A stretch of DNA of 23,848 nucleotides from Octopus sinensis (taxonomy: Eukaryota): contig NW_021836619.1 in assembly GCF_006345805.1 (NCBI RefSeq), positions 1 through 23,848 of the forward strand. The letters run 5' to 3'. The translations under genes and the position numbers were made by a program. Of this stretch, positions 11,401 through 21,214 are shown in pieces; the stretch's first letter is position 1; each line of letters opens with the position of its first letter. The notes under the pieces were generated by a model that saw nothing but the letters and a program-made list of their open reading frames with translations, ran no database searches and was not told the origin of the DNA.

Positions 11401-12043
11401 GGTTGAGAAGCTCAGGACTCAAAGCAGAAACAGAGGGATTTTTAATTGCAGCACAAACCAAAGCCTCCCCACCAGAAATTACCAAAAACATGTAATGAAA
11501 AGAAATATTACAAGTAACTGCAGAATATGTGGAGATGGACAAGAAACAATAAATCATATTATCTCTAGCTGCCCAGTCCTGGCTAAGAAGGAATATATTC
11601 ACAGACATGACAGAGTTGGAAGCTATGCCAACATTATGGAATAACAACAGAAAAAAGATGGTATAGGCACACACCAGAAAAGGTCACAGAAAACGAGAAA
11701 GCAACCATACTCTGGGACATGCCGATACACACAGATAGAGAAATTAAGGCCAACAGACCAGATATAGTTGTCAGAGATCATGAAGAAAAAAAATGCTTTC
11801 TAATTGATGTATCAATACCGGCAGATGACAACGTGTCTCTAAAAGAAATGGAGAAACTCTCAAAATACAAAGACCTGGAAATAGAGATAACTAGAATGTG
11901 GAACCTGAACATTAGGCATGATAAAAAAATATTCAGACAAATACATAACAAAAACACCAGGACTTACAAACACATATAACATACAGAAAATTGCACTACT
12001 AGGCACTGCACACATCCTACGCAGAACATTTTCCATACAATAA
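8456..12043 (+). pseudogene. Frameshifted R4/Dong polyprotein (RT + CCHC + RLE)
   Basis: RT motifs: NWKAPGHDKIHNFWLK, ILIPK...PENYRPITCLPTMFK, EEQKGCRKGSYGCKDQL, AWIDYKK(AFDS), RGIFQGDTLSPLLFCLAL, HLLY(M)DDLKLY (1-nt deletion near 10531) and YKYLGI. Then RLYIQRIEGGRGL, CRICGDGQETINHIISSC and RPDIVVRD...IDVSIP. Stop at 12041-12043. Confidence 0.92.
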
Positions 12044-12137
12044 CCATCAGAGCATCACAACAAATCACAGCACATACTCAAGGCACACAGAGCTGCGCTC
12101 GGTAGTGAAGTGAAAGCACGCTATAAAAATAAAACTA

Positions 12138-12198
<61 letters not shown>

Positions 12199-12220
12199 TA
12201 ATAATAATAATAATAATAGA

Positions 12221-12577
12221 CGAGCAAGTAAAGATATAGAAAGTCTTCCTAGAAATAAAATGTGTGACTGCACCTAACAAAAGCGATGTCCGATCGATTC
12301 TAAATGCAAAATTACTGAAATTATAAATAGTTGTAAGTTTACATCCGAAGGGTGGGTATATTATTATATAAGAGCTGTAGAAAACCATATGCAAAGAAGG
12401 ATAGCTAACCACGAAAGCACATTTAAGGATAGAAATAATAAAACCAGCACGAGTTTAAGTAAATTAATTGGTCTGTTAAAAAGGACTTTAACCTGGAAAA
12501 TGATTAGCAAAGCAAAACCTTGCAGTAGAGGGGGCAAAAGATGTGAACTGTTTGTCGAAGAAAGCATCCAAACTTAA
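12221..12577 (+). mobile_element. Penelope-like element GIY-YIG endonuclease remnant
   Basis: One frame from 12251 reads RNKMCDCT*QKRCPIDSKCKITEIINSCKFTSEGWVYYYIRAVENHMQRRIANHESTFKD...STSLSKLIG...TWKMISKAKPCSRGGKRCELFVEE. This matches the PLE pattern CNC..CP..GKC....VY.....YIG......R...H...F....T.LS.......W.I...........C.LC. Confidence 0.75.
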
Positions 12578-12825
12578 ATTAATTAACTATAGGCGTGAAA
12601 GAAAATAATGATTTGTGTTCTTCAAGGTAAATATATGTATAATAGGTACAAATAATTAATATTAAGTAAAACTAGAGTATAGGGTTAGTTAGAAATGTAA
12701 ACTACAGGTTAATTTAATATAGCAGATAGTAAATATTACAAAGCAAATATTTGCCAACCAATTAATTGGATATCCGTAAAATAAAATTTAATTATATGAA
12801 CAGTAATTGAGAAATACCTACTTAT

Positions 12826-13230
12826 ACTCTTTTACTCTTTTAGTTGTTTCAATCATTTGACTGCGGCCATGCTTGAGCACCGCTCTTGGTCGACCAAATC
12901 GAGCCCAGGACTTATTCTTTAGAAGCCTAGTACTTATTCTATCGGTCTCTTCTGCCGAACTGCTAAGTTACGGGGACGTAAACACACCAGCATCGGTTGT
13001 CAAGCGATGTTGGGTAATAAACACACATACACACATACATACATACATACATACATACATACATACAATGGGCTTCTTTCAGTTTTCGTCTACCAAATCC
13101 ACTCACAAGGCTTTGGTCTGCCCGAGGCTATAGTAGAAGACACTTGCCCAAGGTGCCACGCAGTGGGAATGAACCCGGAACCATGTGGTTGGTAAGCAAA
13201 CAACTTACCACACAGCCACTCCTGTGCCTA
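12826..13230 (-). mobile_element. SINE family A, full length, minus strand, with internal (TATG)n/(TG)n
   Basis: The reverse complement begins taggcacaggagtggctgtgtggtaagttgtttgcttaccaaccacatggttccgggttcattcccactgcgtggcacc and ends gaaacaactaaaagagtaaaagagta. Confidence 0.92.
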
Positions 13231-13961
13231 ATTATATTAATAATTATTAATAATAATATGAAGATATAGATCATAGTAATGATAAAAACAAGTATAGGGG
13301 TGGTCATGGGCGTAGCGCCAAAAGCAGTAATCGAATGAACTAGGGACAGCAATGCTACAAACATTAATTACAGTAAATTGATCTTAAGAACTCAAAAGTG
13401 ATGAATAGTAATATGACGAACATTTATAGCAGTTAATTCTGCCCTTTGACCCGTAGGGTTAAAAGATTAGTTTGAGCTAATTTTCGAACGGTTGAATAAA
13501 CAAATAAATAAAAAGCAAGAATCTTTTTGGTTGGAATTGTCTTCCATTTCAAAGAAATTAAAGTAGTGGTCAAAATACCTTGATGAAGCCCTTGGTGGGT
13601 TGTGGCATCATAATGCAGTAAAAGACGCAGAAGGTGCACTTTGATAGTAGTGGAAACGTTACCTAGGCGAGAAAAAGAACATACATGAGAGCATAATAAA
13701 AAACAAGCTGAATATTCTCTATTCTGTTTTCCTTAAGCTGATTATATATACAATTACAGCTTGGAAGGTGTTTGTAAGCCATTTAAGAAACACACAAAAG
13801 CCGTTCGATTCACTTCAACATTTAAGTTTAATTTGTCAAAATATTTTCGTCGCTTTAAGACCGCGACCTGTTCACTGACAAAAATCCGTGCTGCATCTCG
13901 TTTTCGTTTCAGCACACGATCTCAGATCAAATCACTTGCTATGCAAGTACATCTCCGTGAT

Positions 13962-13992
<31 letters not shown>

Positions 13993-13997
13993 GCTAT

Positions 13998-14069
13998 TTC
14001 CCAAGCAGGGAATCGAACCCCGGTCGCCGCATTGAGAGCGCGGAATCCTAACCACTAGACCTCTTGGGA
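13998..14069 (-). tRNA. tRNA-Glu-CTC: tRNA-Glu (anticodon CTC), 72 nt, possibly a pseudogene
   Basis: TCCCAAG AG GTCT AGTGGTTA GGAT T CCGCG CTCTCAA TGCGG CGAC CGGGG TTCGATT CCCTG CTTGGGA A. The 7-bp acceptor stem is perfect, D, anticodon and T stems pair (with G-U), and A and B boxes are present. Position 8 is A rather than the near-invariant U. Confidence 0.85.
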
Positions 14070-14114
14070 AGCTTTCATTCTTTTGTTGTCCTACCATCTT
14101 ACCATTTTTTATCA

Positions 14115-14169
<55 letters not shown>

Positions 14170-14193
14170 ATATATATTATATATATATATATA

Positions 14194-14313
14194 CAAAGAA
14201 GGATAGCTAACCACGAAAGCACATTTAAGGATAGAAATAATAAAACCAGCACGTGTTAAGTAAATTAATTGGTCTGTTAAAAAGGACTTTAACCTGGAAA
14301 ATGATTAGCAGAG

Positions 14314-14317
<4 letters not shown>
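14194..14317 (+). repeat. 124-bp near-identical copy of 12392-12516 embedded between (TA)n tracts
   Basis: caaagaaggatagctaaccacgaaagcac...ctggaaaatgattagca(g/a)agcaaa; about 3 differences from the 12392 copy. Confidence 0.95.
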
Positions 14318-14379
<62 letters not shown>

Positions 14380-15024
14380 CAGAGAGAGAGAAGAGGTGAA
14401 AGTGAGGTAGGTGGATCAAAATATGATAGAAAAAGAGAGAGAGACGGTGTTGAAAGAAATGCTCAACTGGCGTGTATTTTTGAAACGTTATGCATAATTT
14501 TTATAGGTCATTCCTTGTTGAGTTGATCTCCAACTAAAGTATTCCACTCGTGGCCATCCCTTCTTGTTACGCTCATATCTCCAACTATAGCACTATCTAA
14601 TGTCTCATTTTTGAGAACAATATTGTCTGATTTGAGGGAGATTTAGCTGGTCCACGTATCAGATCGAGTTTGTACAATGAGGCTCCGTTGGGTGTTGGTA
14701 TCGGTGGAGGCGGGTGAATGCATTTTTCTCTTCATTTGGCATAATGATGGTTGAACTTCACGAACCCTCAGATCTCATAAACAAAAAAAGTGTGTGTCCC
14801 TCGTGATTTCATTTTCTTCAAACATTTTATATTAATAACCAGCCATTGACTAAAATATATACATTTAAAGGTGCCACACCATGATCATCAGACCTACTAG
14901 AAACAGCAGCTAAATTTTCCTCAAATCATATCCAACAACGGTCATAATAAAGCGACAAGTGGGTCATGGTGAAAACGACTTTGACCCCACATCTGCTCGA
15001 TCAGAATTTTTTTAAATGGTTTAT

Positions 15025-15202
15025 GTTCCTTGCTGAGTCATGTATACATATTGGTTTCCTGGTTACTGTGTCTCATACATTCCCCCACCCCACCGTCCTG
15101 CACTGTACGCCGGTCCGTCGCAGGGTCACAAGCGTTTTAACCAGGTGAATGGAGTGGAGCACCGTCATATAATGCGTTTTGCTCAAAGCACAACGCATCG
15201 CC
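15025..15202 (-). mobile_element. SINE family C (CORE-like), headless minus-strand copy
   Basis: The reverse complement ggcgatgcgttgtgctttgagcaaaacgc...gctccactcca...cctgcgacggaccggcgtacagtgcagg...catgactcagcaaggaac aligns colinearly with 15310-15484. Confidence 0.8.
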
Positions 15203-15238
15203 TAGATTTTACACACGCACGCACACACACTCACACAT

Positions 15239-15505
15239 TGGAGTCGCGTGGCTTAGTGGTTAGGGTGTTGGACTCATGATCGTAAGATTGTGATTTCGAT
15301 TCCTGAACCGGGCGATGCTTTGTGTTCTCTGAGCAAAACACTTCATTTCACGTTTCTCCAGTCCATACATCTGGCAAAAGTGAGTTATCCTGCGACAGAC
15401 CAGCGTCCTGTCCAGGTGGGATTATATATACGCTGTAGAAACCGGGAATTTGGCCCTTATGAGTCAGCATGACCCGAGAAGGAGAAGATAACTTTACTTT
15501 TATCA
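15239..15505 (+). mobile_element. tRNA-derived SINE family C (CORE-like), plus strand
   Basis: Head ggagtcgcgtggcttagtggttagggtgttggactcatgatcg...gatttcgattcctgaacc has A box TGGCTTAGTGG and B-box-like TTTCGATTCC. Core tgtgttctctgagcaaaacacttcatttcac, tail actttacttt. Confidence 0.85.
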
Positions 15506-16047
15506 TTCTCTTTCCTGATTGTTTTGGCGACAGTGCTTTCCGGCGCCGGAGGCAAAGACATAAACGCATGCGCACATGTACACACATGCAGAAATATGCA
15601 CATAGTGTGTGTGTGGGGGGGAGATATTACGAGATATTAGCTGAACACGACCGGTATAAACGCTTTCTCTCCATACACATCGAGTGAAATATGCTAACAC
15701 ATAAGCACAAATATATACATACATGTAGAGAACTATCAAAAGAAGAGAAATATTAAAATGTCCAGATGTCAAATAAGTCAGCGTCGAATCAGCGACACCA
15801 AAATGTCGTACTCCAACAAATCTGTAGTGGTGTTAAACCATCAGACAATGGATTCGGTTTGATTAGTTAGAAATACCAGCCAAATCTCTCGCCAATTAAA
15901 CACCTGAGTTTTTTCAAGAGAGACTGGGCATATAGCATATTGTAGTGCTCCTATATATCACTAAAAAAAGGAAGAAGCATGTCATAGAAGGCATGATTTC
16001 TAAGCAGAGACCTGCCCCGATTAGACTTGGTCTTCGGTTATAAATCA

Positions 16048-16088
16048 CCGTCGTCGTCGTCATCATCACCACCACCACCATCACCATC

Positions 16089-16120
<32 letters not shown>

Positions 16121-16142
16121 TATCATCATTACCAACAACAAC
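16048..16142. repeat. (CGT)/(CAT)/(CAC)/(CAA) compound trinucleotide repeat
   Basis: Direct reading. Confidence 0.9.
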
Positions 16143-16359
16143 AGAGGGTCAACAATGTAGCTTCTATGAGGTCGCACGACTTGCTAGAAATGTCAACCAG
16201 ATCTTCTTCAGATCAAGCACTTGAATGCGTTAGTAAACAATAATTGGGAATATTATATGCTGTAATCCTACACAGCCTTAAGCAGGCGTGATGGTCACGG
16301 TTTAAATGCCTTCTTATCGTGGGATCTTTTCGAGTGTAGTTGACTTCAGTTTAATGATT

Positions 16360-16453
16360 GCACAAACGTTTTCTAATTTATGGGTAGGGCTAGAAATTTT
16401 AACGGGGGTGGCTGGTAACTGGACACAACCATCACCGGAATTTGAACTCAGAA
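16360..16453 (-). mobile_element. Old SINE family B remnant, minus strand
   Basis: ggaatttgaactcagaa at 16437-16453 is the reverse complement of the family-B B-box segment ttctgagttcaaattcc; the flanks are highly diverged. Confidence 0.4.
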
Positions 16454-16639
16454 TGTAGGTCAGAACTGGTAATCAACGACGTTCCAACGGTGACCATTCC
16501 ATTTATTTTTTTACAGATAAACTAAATCAAGTGCTACAATGTTTCATGTCGTTTCTTAACAATAAGACATTAAGTTGCTATTTGAAGGAGATTTGGCTCC
16601 TATTTCTAGCTGGTCGACCAACCGTATAAAAGCTCCCTC

Positions 16640-17168
16640 GTTGGCTCAGAATAGGAAAAGAGATGAAGATAGAGATGGAGGAAGAGCGGATGATGAAGTG
16701 GAAGGATAATAAAGGTGATGACGGATGAGGAGGAGGAGGAGAAGGCGGAGGCGAAGGAGAAGTAGGGGGAAGAGAGTGAGAAGTAGGAGTCAGGTAGGGT
16801 TGAACCAGATCTCACTAGGCAGTGGTCCAAATTCCCCCATTCAATTCCAGCTTCAATGGAGCAGAGATTACGATTATTAGTATTATGATGATGATAACGG
16901 CGGCGATGGTGTCAGAGGTGGTGGTGGTGGTGGTGGTGACTATGAGGAAGAGGAGGTGGATACCGATGATAATAATAATGAGGAGGCAGAGGATAATAAA
17001 GATGATGATGAGTTTAACGATGATGATGATGATGATGATAATGGTGGTGGGGCGATGTTGTGGTGGTGTTGGTGATAATGATGATGATGATGATAGTGGT
17101 GGTGGTGGTGGTGGTAATGATAATGGTGGTAGGGACGGAATTGTGGTGGGATTGGTGGTAATGATGAC

Positions 17169-17221
<53 letters not shown>

Positions 17222-18170
17222 CGATAAAGATTACGATGCTGTTAATGGTGATGGCGATGGTGGTGCTGGTGGGGCTGGTATTGGTGGATGATGATGAAGA
17301 TGATGATGGCAATGATGGTGATGAAGATGGTGATGATGGACAATGAGGACCGGCTTACGAGTAACCCCATCATCATCATCATGATAATAATAATACGATG
17401 CCCAGCCACAGCCGGCACCACCCCACATCATATCAACGTAGTAAGCACGTTGCTGCTACTGCAACAATAATGTCAACAACAATTGTGCGATCACCACACA
17501 CTACTACAACCACAACCACAACACTACTCCCACACCATACTACCAATCCCTCACGCTCCACCATGACCTCCTGCGTCCCCACCATGACCACCACAACCAC
17601 AACGACGACCACCACCATCTCCACCACCAACAACAACAAAAACAACAACACTACGTCACCACTAATACAACCACAATCACCACAGCCACTACCACCGCCA
17701 ACATCACCACTACCAACAACAACAACAGCAACAATCACCGCAACCACCACCACCACCTCCACCACCACCACCTCCACCACCACCACCACCACCACCACCA
17801 CCACCACGACAGCCACCACCACCATCACCACCACCACAGCATTAATTACCACCATAACCACAACCACCACAACCACAAACACCACTACCATTACCACCAC
17901 CACCACCACAGCCACACCACCACCACCAACAACAACAACAGTAACAATCACCGCAACCACCACCACCACTACAACCACCATCATTACCACCACCACCACT
18001 ATTACCACCACCACCACAACCACTATCATCTTCATCACCATCACCACCACCACCAATAACAACACACCACAACCACCACTACCATCACCACAACCATCAC
18101 CACCACCACCACCACTACCACCACCAACACCAAACACCACCATCACCACTAATCTAAACCCGAACTAAGT
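16640..18170. repeat. Cryptic trinucleotide low-complexity domain: (GAT/GGT/GAG)-rich left arm, (ACC/ACA/AAC/ATC)-rich right arm
   Basis: Direct reading; composition switches near 17345-17370. Source of the Met/Val/Ile-rich and Thr/Val-rich ORFs. Confidence 0.9.
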
Positions 18171-18763
18171 CTACTGAACCAAAACAACAGAGCAAGCCAA
18201 AACATCCTACCATCCGACTAGCCAGCCAGCCAACCAACTGGACACCACGTCAGTACAGCCAACCAGCCAACCACCCGACCAGCCATCGTGCCAGCCCCGT
18301 CCAGCCAGCCAGCCAGCCGTTCAGATGGCGAGCCTGATCATCAAGTGAGATGGTTTGAAGCCCTTCTTTCCGAGCTGGCATTCAACCAGTCAGCCAATAG
18401 ACGTGACTACGAACAGACAGGCAGAGATAATGCTTTATCTCCGAGGCCCACGGAACTGATCACAGTAAAAGTGAAAGTCTGTAACCAGAAGAAGAATCAG
18501 CATCAGTTACCGTTCTGTGCACGCATGCGCACAACCAACAAGCACACGTACATCACACATGCGCACAAGCATTCGCTGACACAAAACACACAAATATGTT
18601 TATGTATATATTTGGTTCAAATATCTACAAAAATAGTGACAGGTGAGAGAACGAGAGACAATCCGTATTAGTTTATGTTTAAATATATATGTGCGTGTGC
18701 GTGTGTATGTGTGTGCGACCCTGCGCGCGTGCGTATATCTATATACAATCATATATATTTATC

Positions 18764-18765
<2 letters not shown>

Positions 18766-18859
<94 letters not shown>

Positions 18860-19267
18860 ATATACACATATATATATATAAATATATTACATAGAGTTAT
18901 TATATATATATATATATATAGGTGTGGAGTATATGTGCATTTCTATGTATATATATATATATATACATATATATTTGTATATATATACGACATATGAAAG
19001 AAAAATAGAAGCATTACTGTGTCGGATTGTCCCAGATCCGTTTGTATTTACTATACATACATGCATACAATATATACATATAAATATATATTCATATATA
19101 ACTATATATATATATATATAATATATATATATATATATTTTGTATATATGTATTATATAATATATTAGTATATATATGTATGTATGTATGTATATGTATG
19201 CATGTTTATGTGTGTATATTATATAAATAATATATATACGCACATACATAATAATAATAATAATAAT

Positions 19268-19301
<34 letters not shown>

Positions 19302-19350
19302 TAGTGATGATAATTATATATATTACACACACACACATATATATATATAT
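18766..19350. repeat. (CT)n, (TA)n and (TAA)n microsatellite cluster
   Basis: Direct reading; (TAA)n at about 19249-19301. Confidence 0.93.
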
Positions 19351-19633
19351 GCGTATAGATACGTGTTTATGGGGGAAGAATATATGTATGGAATAATAAA
19401 GCTTCCCAGCCAGTCAATATAGAATGTGTGTTTGTGTGTGCGTGCGCGTGCGTGCGCGTGTGTGCGTGTACGTCTCTATGCGTGCGTGTTTGTGGATATG
19501 TCTATGTGTGTGTACAGGTATTTTTCCGGGTGTATACATTCGCATAAATACGTAAATGCCCACGTGCTACGCACATATTTTATTTTATGTATGACTATCA
19601 TTATCATAATCAATACACCTGTCCACATTTCGC

Positions 19634-19673
<40 letters not shown>

Positions 19674-20035
19674 TGTGTGTGTGTGTGTTTGTATTATTGG
19701 CAACGAAACTATAATAGCAAGAAATATATGTAAAATAATAAAACAATTCTGATAACGAAGCCAGTTAAAAAGTGTCAAATACTCTCGTTGGCTTTCCATT
19801 CGTTAATTCTGTTATTTTCTAATTCTTTCAATGGACTCTAGAAAAAAAATGTATGCGATTATTCGAGAATAATTTTTTTTTTTTGTCCTCTCCATGAAAT
19901 ATACTGAGATTGCATTGTACCTTCTTCATCAGCCGGCGATATCGTGAGATGTTCAAGGTGGATGGCAGTACAGAACGAGAGTAACGAAGATCTATACCGA
20001 AAAAGAGTGAGACTTCAGTAATATACACATTCTAA

Positions 20036-20453
20036 AAGACGGCGAGCTGGCAGAAACATTAGCACGCCGGGCTAAATGTCTAGCGGTATTTCGTGTACCG
20101 TTACGTTCTGAGTTCAAATTCCGCCGAGGTCAACTTTGCCTTTCATCCTTTCGGCATCGATAAGATAAGTACCAGTTACGCACTGGAGCCGATGTAATCG
20201 ACATAATCCGTTTGTATGTCATTGTTTGTCCTCTCTGTGTTTAGCCCCTTGTGGGTAGTGAAGAAATAGGTATTTCGCCTGCCGCTACGTTCTGAGTTCA
20301 AATTCCGCCGAGGTCGACTTTGCCTTTCATTCCTTCGAGGTCTATTAAATAAGTGCAAGTTACGCACTGGAGTCGATGTAATCGTCTTAATCCCCTTGTC
20401 TGTCCTTGTTTGTCTCCTGTATGTTTAGCCCCCTGAGGGCAATAAAGAAATAA
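20036..20453 (+). mobile_element. SINE family B tandem dimer (full monomer plus headless second monomer)
   Basis: Monomer 1 runs from acggcgagctggcagaaac to gtgaagaaatag (~20269). Monomer 2 restarts at gtatttcg...gttctgagttcaaattccgccgagg and runs to gggcaataaagaaata. Confidence 0.92.
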
Positions 20454-20564
20454 ATATATACATTCTATGTTATTTTGCATATTATTCAAATGTCAATGGC
20501 GAACGTCAGAACTTGGTCTGTTAGTACAGAGGTTGGTCCTCAAAATAGCCGTGGAGGCATCAAT

Positions 20565-20645
20565 TGCCCTTCCTGATCCGTAAGCTCTTAAGATCAGTTT
20601 CTCGGATTCTGTAACACATATATATTCCCCACTGGACGGGGCGCG
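20565..20645 (-). mobile_element. SINE family C 3' remnant, minus strand
   Basis: The reverse complement gcgccccgtccagtggggaatatatatgtgttacagaatccgagaaactg aligns with 15404-15450 (gcgtcctgtccaggtgggattatatatacgctgtagaaaccgggaa). Confidence 0.6.
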
Positions 20646-21080
20646 AATTTTTTTCCCACGGTAGTTCTGGAGCCCAGTAATGAACTCACTTGATCAAACT
20701 TTAAACCTCGATAACTTTTTTTAAATATTTTTCTGGATAAAATGAAATAACTCCAGCAATTCAGTGCATTATTGTGCCAACGTCGGAGTAAACGGTGAAC
20801 ACCGAAAAATCAACATCAAGAAGGAAGAAATATTATTTCCATTTATCCATTTGTTTGACCGACCGACAGATAGTTAGAGAGAATAGTAGTTGTAGTGTTA
20901 GCGAAATTTATTTCGATAGCGACAAAAAAATTGCTGTCTGCCAGTAGAGAGGGAAAGAGTAAGGAATGCACGGTGCTAACTAGAAAGGAAGAAAGGATGA
21001 AAGTGGCTCTGCTCTGATTGGCTGTATACAAATGAGTTCATTACTGGGGTCCGGAACTGCGTTCTATCGAAGGTTTAATC

Positions 21081-21214
21081 ATTTTTACCAGCTGAGTGGA
21101 CTGGAGTAATGTGAAATGAAGTGTTTTGCTCAACGCATCGCTCAGTCTAGGAATCGAAACCAAAGTATTGTTATCATGAGTCGCAACACACTTAACCAAT
21201 AAGCCACGCGCCTC
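21081..21214 (-). mobile_element. SINE family C 5' portion, minus strand
   Basis: The reverse complement gaggcgcgtggcttattggttaagtgtg...actcatgat...gtttcgattcct...gagcaaaacacttcatttcacattactccagtccactcag matches 15239-15370. Confidence 0.85.

Larger units (their letters stand above)
8093..12218 (+). mobile_element. Apparently full-length (~4.1 kb) R4/Dong-clade RLE non-LTR retrotransposon (copy 2), flanked by (TAA)n on both sides
   Basis: Single frameshifted ORF with an N-terminal RRKWTREE...IWKENN...KLANVRRYILK region, RT, CCHC and RLE. Short 3' UTR (12044-12140), (AAT)n at 12141-12218, and (TAA)n immediately 5' of 8093. The domain order and TAA-repeat context match the Dong/R4 clade. Confidence 0.92.

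Noticed and set aside
13434-13463. ttaa...ccct...agggttaa resembling piggyBac termini
   Set aside because: Only 4-8 bp of match with no internal element; consistent with chance.
13750-13960. Segment resembling a common octopus MITE-like repeat next to the tRNA
   Set aside because: Recognition is from memory only; no second copy or complete inverted termini in the window.
17398-18168. 256-aa Thr-rich ORF (and the antisense 238-aa Val-rich ORF) as a real CDS
   Set aside because: Explained by ACC/ACA triplet repeats, which lack stops on both strands; no recognisable domain, signal peptide or splice evidence.
19900-19990. Possible small exon after a pyrimidine tract (ccttcttcatcag)
   Set aside because: Weak donor sites and no recognisable peptide or partner exons.
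18391-21024. CCAAT-box matches (cagccaatag at 18391-18400, ctgattggctg at 21014-21024) and a near NRF1-like gcatgcgca near 18523
   Set aside because: Short motifs expected by chance in 24 kb; no associated TSS or gene evidence.
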